DNA of 62,934 nt, filler included, from Choristocarpus tenellus KU-1152 (lineage: Eukaryota; Protista; Phaeophyceae), in NCBI GenBank assembly GCA_964200185.2. It is 7 parts of 7 records of this genome, joined end to end, with 100 filler letters (N's around TTAATTAATTAA, not from the genome) between each part and the next. Parts side by side here need not be neighbours in the genome. Positions count along the whole stretch, not along the records: positions 25,305 to 50,814 come from CAXNAD020000186.1; 6 more parts are not named here. The stretch is one strand, 5' to 3'. Made by a program: the position numbers and the translations under genes. The notes under the pieces are model-generated. The model was not told the origin of the DNA. It made no database searches and saw nothing but the letters and a program-made list of their open reading frames with translations. This document shows, piece by piece, positions 28,051-41,600 of the stretch; position 1 is the stretch's first letter; each line of letters starts with the position of its first letter.

Positions 28051-29560
28051 AAAACTGCACTAGCCGTTAAGAGGGGTCCGAGATTCTGGTACTAGGAAAT
28101 CAGCAAATGAGCGATCTTGATCGGGCGATACAGCCATCTAAAATCCATTCAATTCAATGCAACCCAACTATTTTCGAGTGGTCTGGTGTACCTCCACCCA
28201 TCCGACACTTCAAAAGTCTATTTTAGAGTATGTAACTATATCCAAAGTACCACCTGCAATAGTTAGTAGTTAGATGCTCAGGTTTTCTGAGCTTTGACAG
28301 GGTATCACAGGAAGCTACTTTAGCTCAATTGGTGGCCCTGATTATGAGGATAAGTTGGCCTTGTGCACCTGTCACCTTCATATTTGGCATCGACCATAAA
28401 ATAGAGTGGAAACATGTGTCACTCCCTGGGATGGGCGATAATCTAACCCAGAGTTCACTTCAATAGAGAACTAGGGACTCAAAACTTGGCAAAATTCCAT
28501 CTGACAAGTTCTACTGTAACTGTAATGATTAAAAAAACTGAGGTCAACCTTGCAAGACAGATTTGTTGTGAGACCGAAAAGACTACCAAGAAATATGTTA
28601 TGGGGAAATCCAAATTCGATATTTTGTCGATACATATATATATATATATGTGTATGTATATATCATGACCTCTACACACAATAATACACTACTACTATGA
28701 TCTAGTTTGGAGTCACACACAGGTGGATAACCTGGACAGGTCTGAATTGAGTTAATTCAAGGAGTAAAATGCGAACATAACAGTGTTGTTGGGTGCCAAG
28801 TTCTTTGAGCTTCGATCACAAGATGGCATCATCAGTTAAATATGGCAAAGACATGGCCTCAAGCTACCATGCACTCTGACTCCAGTATTTCTGAGAGCTG
28901 CGACGCTAAGATCCATGGTGTGTAAAGAAGATGGAAGCTAAGGCTGTTATTGATAGGCTCAGAGTTTATCAAGAAGCAAGCCATCCCGAATGTTGAGGAG
29001 AGTTGCGCCCCTCACTGCTTGTGTAGCACAGTTTGAAAGGGGCTCAAGGTGCCACACACACCATCCCCGAGCTTGCCAAGGGTTGGGATGGACATGATAT
29101 GGTGCTAGTAAGGAATCGCTCAAGCCTAAGGGTGACTGGACAAGCCGTTCTTACTAGGGTGACTGAACCACACCAAAATAAACAGGCAGTGGCTCGCAAA
29201 GCATAGGGATTTACTTAAATTGCTCTGTTGAGCACTACAACCCCTTCAAGTATTTTCTTTTCCCTTTCTATTTCCCTTTCCACACTTTAATTCTGAAACG
29301 TTACAGAAAAAAACGCCTCTATTTGATTACCTTATTACCTACCTACCTTGATGCCTGCCGCTACTACTGTGGTTCTTACACCGTTGCAGCTGTGTCCTGG
29401 TCCACCTGCTCGGCATGGTGGTACACACAACATTGCCATGGTGCTGCCATAGAGTCCAGTGAAATAACACACCAAGTTTTAACAAAAAAACGTTTGAACT
29501 CATAAAAATGAGTAGATATGCAATACAAGTGCACACAAACAATACGACTATTGTCCGATC

Positions 29561-29689
29561 TCATGGGTGTACGCAATCATCTTGCCCATCGCAGGAAGCA
29601 TACGCCCCCTGTCCGTTGACTAAGGGAGATGGTGAATAAGGAATCTCTTCTCGGCTACTGGTAAATTTCCACTCAAGCAGGTCATGCAC
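29561..29689 (-). CDS. Terminal exon: VHDLLEWKFTSSREE...DDCVHP*
   Basis: caaag| acceptor; H.(I/L)L.W.F end of the lectin fold; TGA at 29561-29563. Confidence 0.85.
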   Translation of the reverse strand: MHDLLEWKFTSSREEIPYSPSPLVNGQGAYASCDGQDDCVHP

Positions 29690-32600
29690 CTTTGCAGAAG
29701 TCGACATGCACAAGGGGGAAAAAGGTGAATAAAAGGTAAAATAATTGCAGGAGACCCAAAATATCTGGGGGGGGGGGGGGGGGGCTTCCGCCGGGGGGTC
29801 CTTTTGGGGCAAAAAGATGGGAAGGGCCACCGTCTGAACCCCNNNNNNNNNNAGGGAAAACGCAGGATGGGGGGGGGGGGGGGGGGGGGGGATCTACGCC
29901 AGGGTGTCCATTTGGGTCAAAATCAGGAAAGGTGTATTTACATTATCCATCCAACGTATGCAACCAAATCACCCAAAATTACGACATGAAAAAATTGATC
30001 CCAAATGGACAGCCGCCACCATCCCCCCCAGATACTTTGGACCAGGAGGACAGAGGATAGAGAGCGGTATGCATTGCATCATGAACCATATAAACGAAAA
30101 GGTACGAAATGCGGCAGTATTGTTTGCTTGGTTAATACTGCATCATGGGAGGACCAAGCAAAGGAATGTTGTGAGTAATGCAAGGGATGGTGCAACTGTT
30201 CAACGTGCAGATAAGAATGGACTTGAGTAGTTAGTTTCCCGCTGGCGATGTCATCATGGGGGTGAGGCACAGAAGGGGGTAAGGGAGAGGTACAAGTTCG
30301 CTCAACCTTGAAATGATCCTATCCTTTACTCCAGAGAACGGAACGACTTGTTCTAGATATAGAGCTTAAAGTTGGATTTTGTCAAAATTTGTGTTTTGAT
30401 ATTTATTTCCAAGAGAGGGCAAGACAACATGGCACAGGTTTTGTGCTTTGATTCTGTGGTTCGTACACTGGAGCAACATCAGAGGCTCAAAGTATCTGTG
30501 GGGGGGGTTCTACACCAGGGTGTCCATTTGGGCTCTGACCAGGAGAAGTGCACTTACATTATCCATCCAACACATGCAACCAAATTCACCCAAACTTCGC
30601 GATATGAAAAAATGGGCCCCAAATGGACAGCTGCTACCCCCCCCCCCCCCCCACCCACATTCAGGGAGGGCGGTCTTTCCCTAAAAAAAGCCCTGTCCCC
30701 CCCCACCGCGGGGCAAGATACTTTGAGGCAGACAGGTTCTAGTCTAGAAAGGCTCATGTCCAGACTCAGACAGGTTCATGTCCAGACACTTTTTTTGTCT
30801 ACATCATCTCACCTTTCCTTCTCCTTCACACCACATATCACCCATTTCTGTAGCTTTCCGCACCAAGATGTATCACCATCACCATTTTATGTGCTTCAAC
30901 TACAATTTTGACATAAGGCTCTAGTAAACCTCGTTGGAAAAAATGTGATTGTCCAAAATTTGGGCCCTGAGTGCTTTGATGCATTACGGGTGTTTTCACT
31001 CTGATTAAATAGATCTCTGATTAAATAGATCTGGTGAGGATCCATGAAACTTTCCACAAAGTACATTTTTCTTTAGTGAACTTGATTGGACAGCTGATGC
31101 CTCTGTAGTTGTACTCCAAAGTACTGAAGTAGAAAATAATAGTAACAATATGTGTCTTCATCCATGGGCCTGTATCCTTTACTTCAGCCACTGGAAATAT
31201 TGATTTACAGGAGCAAATCCCATCACCACTCACTGTCCTGTAAATAGGGGAGACTTGAGAGAAAAAAAAACTGAAGTCAAAGGGACTTTCTAAAAAGTCT
31301 CTTCTTGTAATACTCTTTTGGTTTCCTGTTGGATTCTGAAATTTCTGAAGTAGTAGATCGATGACACAATGACTTCCAAATCCGAAACTGCTTGGTACCT
31401 CAACAAACTGTAGGAAAATGATAGTCATGGCATGGAGAGTTTGGGGCGATTACATTGTACCTTGAAGTACTTGTAGTAGACGCAGCAACTATAGGATGGC
31501 TTCATCCACAGACTATACTCATGACACACCAGAACAAGCTGGGAAGTAGTCAAAAGTGTCACCATGTGACGTCATGATGGTGATCACTTAGACGACAGAG
31601 CCAAAGTAAATGAGAGGTACCCAGGTTTAGCAGTATTGCACTGTAAGCAACTTTTTCAATCTCTTTAAATCCAACTTACTATTTACATCGAGAAAGTACT
31701 AAGTTTAAGTTGACAGGGTTGATTTCTCTATTTTTACTTTTTTTAACGCAATAGGAAAACTGCCTATACACATCTGTATAAAAAGGACGAATGTTGCACA
31801 TATTTGTCAACATCCTTAACACACAACTCTGGGTGCCTCTTGTTTACTTTGACTCACTACTTTAAGTTCAACTCACGATGTGACAATTGAATGCCAGTCA
31901 GATCCTAATCAATGTACCAACTGCCAAGACTAATTGTCTAGTGACAGATATTCTTTTTCTGTGTCACTAAATTGAAACGTGGAACAGACACAGTAAACCG
32001 TCAGCGGCAATTGCAACAATATACAATATACCACATACTTCATGTTTAGATGGTCAAGAATCAGTTGTGATTCTATGCATCCATTATTGAGTCGATCTAC
32101 TCTTATATTTGTAGGACTGAGCACAACTCCTGTACTTCATAAGAATATACACTTCTGAAGTATATTGTTTCACCTGATATGTGTCTATCCCTGTGGAGGC
32201 AGTGAAGCCCACGTATGCTGTACCATGATTTAGCTTCAACGTGGCCTCCAGATTAAGTGGTATTGTCATTGTGGGCTCCTTTTGCAAGGGTGAGGGTAGG
32301 ACGCATGTCAAGGCTGTTGGGGTTAACCTTCTACATACCGGCTATTCCTCTTAGGGGAAGGATTGACAAAGCTAGGAGGTCAGGATAGACTGTTGCGTGC
32401 TTCACTTAGTTGTTCAAAATTTAGCGCATGGCTGAAGAGGCAAATTTAGGTGTCTGAAGGTTGTTCATTTGTTTATTTCACTTTGCTCTTTACTGTGCAG
32501 AGTGGTGGAAAGTTGGCCATGTACGTCGGAAAGGACCTGGTGGCGAATTTATCACGATAATGTATCCGACCAACCACATATGTAAATAGCAAAAAAACGT

Positions 32601-35600
32601 CGGTTTTGTTTAGATTGAGTTGGGTTGCCGTTTCCTTATGGTCGCCACAATACTATCAAGAGTGCACCTCTTCTTTTAACTCACCGATAGATCATCAACG
32701 TAGACACTCATCAGGCCTATCCCCACCCCCCAGTCAGGCATCCCCCCCGCTGAATATGCTGCATTCTCTAGGAAATACCCTGCAATTAGGAGAACATGGT
32801 GCAACATTGTTGAAAGTGGGAAAAATGATCGGAAAAGTTGAGGAATGTGGACCCCAATAACAAAGATTTGTGTTTTCTACATGCAAGAGCCTTTTTATTT
32901 TTCTGAACAATATTGTACAGTGTATTGTGAATAATAGTGCTGATTGGCAGTTTGAAGTATTAGACGGGAGGGCAGTTCGTGTCAAAAACATGACTCATCA
33001 AATGCAGAGATCATAGGGTCACACTCTGCAGCCACTGCAGGCTCATGCCAAGACTGAGTCAGAGGAGATGTGGTGCAAAGAGCAACATATATAGCGTAGT
33101 AGGCCAATGGGATAGTCTCCATGTCTTGGACTGAGCAAATAGGATATGTGCATTTGCTCTGCAACTTTCACTACCCCCTCATCCTGTTGTTAGTATGATA
33201 AATTTTTTGTTTCTTTGATATATTATAAATTGTAATATCGACACCATTGTACACCATGCCTTAGTGTAGCTGACCTATCTTTGACCTTTGATCTTAATTA
33301 TTGATCTTGAGTCAGTAGTATTCATGGTGGCAAGTGGAGTAAATGACCTCCACAGACGTTATTTTTTGCATTGGAGGTAATATTGTGCAGCTCAATGCAT
33401 GATCTGCCACTACTCTAGAATACAAATGTTATCAATAGGTTGATAAGTTTATTAAACACAAGCCTCGTACTCCATAACTGTCAATACACTGATTGCACGG
33501 TAGTTCAAAATTACTTAACATGGACAAACCACTTTGAAGTATTTCTACACTACTGCTGAACACGACCTCAGATAAAAAGGATGGTGGAATGTACTCTAAC
33601 AATTGAAAATGATGACAAACCACTAACCTGCGATATTGTTATTGCAACAATATAAACAAGAGCTTATCCATTATAGAATGGTATACTCCCAGCACACCTG
33701 TACAGTAGGAGTAGACTCACCAGTGTGTCCTGTTGTCAGGAAATGTCCACTGAAAATGTCTGATGAGTCCAGTCGAGGAGAGTACACTATTCGTGCAACC
33801 CTTGGCCCATCAGTCAAGTTTGGTACATCAGATGTGGACCCTAGAGAGTACGATTGGTTGGAGCTTCCCCGGTTCCTCCAACCTCTGCAGAACGACCAAA
33901 ATTATGAGTGTGCAAATGGAACACCTTCGATTCAGAGCACATTCAGCTGCCAACCCAATATGTCTATTTTATATAGAATACTGTATAGGAGTTGAGAAAT
34001 CAGTGTGCGAAAAACATTATTATTTGCAACAATCGCATGATGGCATGTACACATTACATTTAGTCAATGAAATACTAGTAAACACATGTCAATATCCTGA
34101 CAAACCCAGAGACTAGGGCACTGCCCAGCCCAATCCATTGGTCACATCACCCTAACTGCACCCACGAACTGTGGTGGTAATTTCAATCCTCACGTTTCTT
34201 GTTGAGCCTTTGTCCTTAACCCCCTCCATGTCCAGTTTTAACCTCCCACTGCAAAGAAAGTTGAGAAAGCAGACCAGCAGGAATTCGAACCCATGACATC
34301 TCTGATTTGTTGTGATCTCTGATTTGTTGTGACGAAATCGGGGGCCATAGGTTCAAACCCTGGTTGTGCTGCTTTCTCAACCCCCTACTGCAGGAGGATA
34401 AAAATAAAGATTAAAGTGTAGTGTGTCGTAGAGGATAAGTATTATATATATATATATATATATTGAGATGAATACACGGGGACTATTACGACAATGTCCA
34501 AAGGATGAAGCTGGGCAGCACACTTGTCTCTGATTTGGTCAAAATATTGAGATATCACTATTCCATTGGGGCGCTGGTCCTGCATGAGCTTATTGCTGCA
34601 GTGGATTGATGGCACCTCAATATCTTGACGGAGTCATGTCAATGTCAAACAACGATAATAACCATATATATATGTGGGACACTGAGCAGGTAGGAGGATG
34701 TGATTCAGGTTTTTTAGCCAATAGAACAGTGCATATGCCACACTAATCCAAGAGGATGTAATATTTGGGCCCTCAACTATAGCCCTAACCCTACCGTTGT
34801 TACTACTAGCATAAAGAATCTTAGCGTTGATTTTGTTCTCCATGTTACACTTGCACAGCAGAGTAATTATTGAGTCATACCATCAAGGATGGGTCGAAGG
34901 TACATGTGCTCTCCATGCACTCTGTCACCTCCCCACCTGGTGTGAACGCTGATGTGGTTTTCGTATGGCTCCACTAGCTCAGCATTGTAGTATGTGTCAA
35001 ACTCTATGGCTAGAGAGTTGTCGATACCTGAGTATCCCAGCCCCTGAGGGAGGAAGATAAGGATTAGGTGACGGTTGGGGACAAAGATGGAACATTTTCC
35101 ATAGAAGAGCTAGTCTGCACTTACCTTGCTCTAAATTATTTGGGGTTACAGGTAACTGCCGTCAGAGCCAAGTCATTTGTTGTTGAAGTTGATAGCTGCA
35201 TGGGAAAAGGGAGAGGGCATTTTATCAACATTTGGAGCTCTAACTGTACAGATTTGACACATTGCTCCATGACTTGCCTCTCTATCACTTCAAGGATTGG
35301 ATAATTCCACAATTTTACACCCTAGGAGGCAATGCTGCCGAGTAAAGTCGCCTACTCTTCACACCCTTCCCATCAGTCCACCCACCTCACCCTGGTACCG
35401 AAATTTAGCATAAACTGAAGTTTCTGAGGTTGGACTAGTGAGAGAACAATAGGCACCTCAATTCATACTATGTAGTATACATACGTCACGTGCATATATA
35501 CACATAGGTCCACTGCAGTTGCTTCTTGTCCTATCTGCATAGCTACCATGTACAAACTATCAACAACTAGTGGGGAAAGACGCTGATTGGTTATCCAATG

Positions 35601-38600
35601 GTCTCTCTGAACCATCCCTAGGAATAAAATGGGAGCACACACACAAAGGTAACCTCACCATGCCACCATCTCCAAGTGCCAAAGGTCCCTCTCCCTGTAT
35701 CACAAATGCAAGGCCATCTGCACCACGTGAACGGCAGGTAGTATGAACACCATCCATGATGTTACATCGGAGGGATGGCGAGCTCAGACGAAATGTGAAG
35801 GTAGTGTCGAATCCCTGTAGGTAAGAAGAGGGGGGATACAGGATTGGGAAGTTAGGCGAAGAGTCCCCAATCAAAGACGCATCATATGCTTCAAGACTTA
35901 GATGTTGCTTCCTTGCTGGTTCATGAGGTTTGCACGGAGTGTCATTTCAGCTTCAACACTTTCTTTTTAACAAGTTTCACTCAAGTACTAAGTGGCACAC
36001 ATTAATCAATGCATTAATCAAGACATCACGCGCAGGAAGCCACAAGGAAAGAGACGTAGGGAGAGGGGGGGGGGGGGGATTGGAAGCCACTTTTCAGGGC
36101 ATCAGCAACACCAAGTTTTGGCAACATTATTGCCTTCAATAGCTTCAGAAGCAAGAAGTGTTCTACAACTGCAGGTGAAGTTGGTCCTCTTCAGCAACAG
36201 TGGTGTGATACTATTTCATTTTGTGTTCCTTGCTCCACAACAAGAGCCTGCCCAATACACACAAGTGTCTCAGTACAGACATTATCACAATAATTCGACA
36301 ATTCGATTTGCCCTCACCTAACGCCCTGCTCTTCTTGCCAACCATTGTCCTTTCCCCATTACCATCTGCCCTGAGCTGCCTGCCAACATTACCGCCTCCA
36401 CTTATCCAAACCCCTTATGTCTCCTCACCTCTCCAACAGTCATTGGCCGTGGATACCAAGCTGCCCCAGTCGAAAATGGGCGATTGGAGGTCAGACGAAG
36501 AGCTGGTCCGCAAGAGTGTGCCACCTGAACCCCCCATTGAGAGAGGTCAGTGTGAGAGACCACAATAGCAGAGGATGGGAAGCTGCCCTCCTGAGGAGGG
36601 CCGCTCCTGGGGGGGTTGAGGTCACTCCTTAGCCTTTCCAGTCCCGCTTCCTGAGCAATCAGACAGGCAGGGGAAGAGAACATCAGGGAACAAAGGAGTT
36701 AAAGTATCTTAGAGGGTGCGAATTTTTCCCTGTTTGTCCATTCGGGCTTGGCTTCCCACAGGTTTTGTATGAGATTTCCTACTTTGAAATGTTTCAGAGT
36801 AGGTAAAAGGTATAATTAAGAAAAGGTGTGTCCGAAAGAAGGATATTGACACTTCGTAACAAACATGATAGGCAAAATTTACTCGAAAATCGAACAATTG
36901 GATTTTGGCCTCCAAACAAATGCACCTCTACCTTCTAAGATACTTTGACTCAAAGACAACGGAAAAGAGGATCTTTTGAAGGAGAGGGGAGATGAAGTGG
37001 GTGGTAAAGGACTAGCGAGGGATCAGACATACCAGATGCTTTTGATACGATTGACCCAGTGTTAAGCATATTAGTTGGGAAAAAATCTATAATGTGCCAA
37101 TAGGAATGGGTGTAAGAGCACATAATTCACCTTCTTCGCTTTCAAATCGCACTCAAGCGCGAAAAACTATGCCTCCTACACTCCTATCAGATGCAGTATG
37201 ATTACGAACATTTCTGTATCCTTGGGATAAGATTCAGTGAACTCTTCCCAAGTATTGACATAGATCCATCCCTCTCATTCCAGCTAACAAGATTCCCCAC
37301 CACAGAGGCCAGGTGATTTAGAAAAAATTATTATTGGGAGGCATAGGTCCAAATCCAAGTTTGAATCATGCTATCATGTAGTACAACTCAAATTTTTGCC
37401 TCTTCTTTACAGTATGAGGTGAAAAAGACAAACACTGTCCGTCCCTTTGATGAACAGGGGCACACTGATATGAAGCACCTGCTGCACTCCTCATTTGCAG
37501 TGCCCCAGATCTGATGGTAGATAAAGCAGTGGAAGTGTGTTTTGCAACAGGGCTCCATCGCCACTACAGTCATGGTCCTCCTATCTACTTACTCCCTTCA
37601 GGCCGTCATTGGAAATTTGGCATCTCCCCATTCACTAATCACGTTTTGACTTGACATACGGATCAGCTACTACTACTAAACCATCCCACCACATACAATG
37701 TACTGCATTATAAATCCCCAAAGGGCCTACCCCAGCCATAATTGGTGAAAGCAGTAACAGTCACAGCTTATCGTTGCACAACACTCGGGAGCTCCTAGAA
37801 TACACTTTTGAGCAAATACACCATCCACTGCATGTTGATTGGCTATCAAGACGAGCCTGTGTTGCACGTGTTTAGTATACCTTTCCCGGGGTGGCAAGGG
37901 CTGCACAAGCAAATGGGGAACCGTGCCCCCCCTCCCCGCAAACATATGTATCCCCTTCATCAGATGGACTGAAACCATCACAGCAGGCTGCTGATCGATT
38001 GCAGTTTTCCACCTGCGAAAGGGATGCATGGGAAATATGTTGATGGAGAGAGGAAGTCAGAGGTGGGTGGTACCAAGTAGTGCATTGGACCTGACAAAAG
38101 CTCTCCACTTGATGTAGTAGTGTAGGCAACTTGAAAACATCCCTTTTGAGAAAGTGAACATGCAAAAGTGATTCTTCTTCACCTAGAGTGGTATGGAACT
38201 CAGCAAAGAGCCATCGGCCAGTGCAAAATGAAACCTTTCCATCTAAAACAATGAAATCTTCACCTAAGTGCCCGATGTGGGCAGTGAGGCTCAGCAAGTG
38301 CAAGGCTATTTTCTGTGTAATACCTCCTATTCAGCCATATCAGTTGTTGGATCTATCACCCAACAGTGAAATGGGAAAGTTGCATACCCCCTCCTCAATA
38401 TACTGAAGTATTTGCTCCAACCGTGAGAGGGACTGATATAACACTCTAAGCCGGGTTTGGTAGTACAAGCACATACTTCAGCAGTGATTACCTGCGCTGA
38501 TCCCACCAACTGAATCCCATAGTGACCCTCTCCAGCCCACTGCCCTCGTGGGCCAAGAGTTGCCCGAGAGTCTGAAGCTGAGTGGTTCAACGTGCTGTTG

Positions 38601-41600
38601 GCATTGAACCTATTGAGCCATGAAAGGCCATGGATGGATAGGGTGTCATTTCTATCCTTTTTTGTACATTGCACATCACGCAAGAAACATTCAACCCAGA
38701 AACAGCATGTGCTCTATGTGCTATACATGAGGGCCAACGAAGTACTTGTGTCTCATTTGTTTGCTTCATTCTTGAACCAGACAGTTCCACAATTGAACTT
38801 GAGTCATATACATATTCTTGAGGGACTGGACAGTAACTTTTGATAACGAGCCAAAGTATCTTAGAGGGTAGAGCCGCGTCCATTTGGAGGTCGAAAACCA
38901 ATGTTGCGATTTTGATGTAATTTTGGTATCGTGTTGGTTAGGAAGGGTCAATATCCATGTTCTGGACACACCTTTTCAGAACGTACATGTTTTACCTACT
39001 CCGAAACATTTTGGGGTAGGAAAATATCATAAAAAAACTCCATGGGAAGCTAAGCCCCAATGGACAAACAGGGCAAAACTCGTACCCTCTAAGATACTTT
39101 CACTCAACATCTGGCTCGAAGTATCTGGGGGGGGTGGCGGCTGTCCATTTGGGATCAATTTTTTCATGTCGCAATTTTTGGGTGATTTGGCTGTATACGT
39201 CGGATGGATAATGTAAGTGCACTTTTCCTGGTTTTGGCCCAAATGGAAACCCTGGTGTAGACCCCCCTCCCCCCCCCAGATACTTTGGGTCTCTTGTCTC
39301 AAATGTTTCACACATGTACCACACAAACATACCTATCGAACACCAGGTCTGCCTGTAGGGTTGTAGTAACGTTGGTCGGCAGACTAAACGGACTAACCAC
39401 ACCACCTTCCAATTGTTCACGCCTTCCATACAAATCTACCTGCGTAAGCAGGGGGGTTCCATTTGCCACGGGTTGATGGCACTTGCTGTTATGCCCTGGG
39501 AAACACACACACACATAACAAGGAAAAAAGATACACGTGCCTCGTCCTCTAGGTGTTGGTGAGATGAACAAACAAACAATGCCATATCTTAAAAGTAAAT
39601 CAATCAACGAATCACCCTGCAACTATCGCCTAGTGGATTAATGACACTGCTGCCATTCTGTTGTACTACTGTGAAATCCACCACACATGTGTACACACAC
39701 ACACACACACATACACATGCAAACACATACAATACACATCTCTGCACTTCCCTTCGCCAGTTGCTCCTCAATCTTAACCCTAGACCTAATCCTAACCTGT
39801 ACTATGCTTCCAACAACTATCATTCCATCTGGTGACGGCTAACCTGTTCCCAACGCTGGTCAGATTGGTTTTCTGCCATGGCCCGTACCCAGAAGATATA
39901 ACCAAGACCTGGTGTGAGACCGCGCACTGTAGTTGTAGTGATGTTCCCTACTGTTGACTGTTGGCGGCAAAATATGATGAGTTCGAGGGATATTGATTCA
40001 TCGTGAATGGGGAAGGGGGTATATAACAAGGGGGAATAGAATGTTACACAGCACAGCAGTGTCTAGATTATGCTCATGTGTTACTAGTTTTCGAAAAACC
40101 TTAGTGTGAAGTAAATAGGGACTGAATGGGAACACAATAGTGCTCATTGCAGCCAAGCTATTGCTTGCAATACTTTAGCCATGCCAAAAATATAAACTGC
40201 TACGAAATCACAACAGCAACAAACTAAAAATAACAATAAAAAAGCATGAATAGAAGAAAAAAGCCTTTTTGAGCTATATGGGGCTACAGTATAAAGAGCA
40301 CTGTTTTCCGCAACACACTAGCCAAAAATGTCATGTATACATTGCATTGACTTTAGAAGATGACACCTCACATATCCCTTCCATGTCGGACAGTGTTTTC
40401 AAGTGCTAGATTCATACAAGTGAAGTTGTGCAAAACCGACCTAATGGTGCCGTGAGATTTAATTTAGCTAATACTTTGAGCAATGTAGAAAGTGGGAAAT
40501 GTGGGATCAAGTATCAAGTATGGGTCAAGCAGTCGCAGAGAGGTGCTTGCATTGTTGCCAAACCATTACTGTGTGATTACGTTGTGATAACTCTAGAAAA
40601 AGTTAGCCCTTTCCTTTCCTCAGCATAAAAGAACAAATCAACGGCACAACTAAAGAGGTGTTGAGTGTGGGTGCGATCTTGTATACTTTGAAGGATCATT
40701 TGATGCCAATGTTGTCTATGGTGGAGTACTCTGGTCGTTTGGGGAGTGTGAGCAAAGGGAATCGTCTTTGGGAGCATTCCCCTTGATTTCAATGTCGGAT
40801 TAAGGCTCTTTGAAATGCCTGTCTAGCAGATTCGTCTGGTGGCCCAGGGGAGAACATTTGCTTTACTGTACACCATTATCTTTCTTTGACAAAGAGAGTG
40901 AGTCAAAACATCTAAGAGGGTAGGAGTTTTGCCCTGTTTGTCCGTTCATGCTTGGCTTCCCACCAGTTTTTATACCCTTTTTCGGTTTTATGTGTAAATA
41001 TTTTGTATTTCGGAGTAGGTAAAAAGTATAGGACTATGAAAGTTGTGTCCGGAGCAAGGATATTGACACTTGCTACCAAACATTATAGCCAAAATTACAT
41101 CAAAATTGTAACAATGGATTCATTACCCTGAACAGATGTGGTCCTACACTCTTAAATGCTTTGGGTCAGTATGGATTATTCAGCCAAGTGTTCATTTCAT
41201 AAGCGGATGAAATACTATGCCAAGTACATGTGCCATGACTATGCCACACCAATCTTGCACGATGACCAGACAGCACTACAAGGAAATTTAATTACAAGGG
41301 AGAGAAATTGGTAATGGGGAGAGGGGAGGGCATCCATCTCAACAACAACTCCACACACAAGTCGATTTTTATCAAAAACATAAATTCTGAGAATCGACAA
41401 AGATCAAAATCCGTGGACCAATATAAGTGCAAGTACATGTAGTCTACAGTCATACTTGTAGTGTGTTATCAAGTCTGCTCGCATCAGCAACAACATGAAT
41501 GTTCCATCCTCATCCCACCGAAGCATTAGACCCAAAGTATCTGGGGGGGGAAGGGTCTACACCGGGGTATCCGTTTGGACCATAACCAGGAAAAGTGCTC

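Noticed and set aside
34260-34381. Functional tRNA gene
   Set aside because: Only T-arm/B-box-like motifs are present; no cloverleaf or anticodon arm.
38884-39326. Recurring short ORFs (e.g. ...NVHILPTPKHFGVGK, ...QEKCTYIIHPT) as a protein family
   Set aside because: They are translations of non-coding MITE interiors; frames and stops are not conserved between copies.
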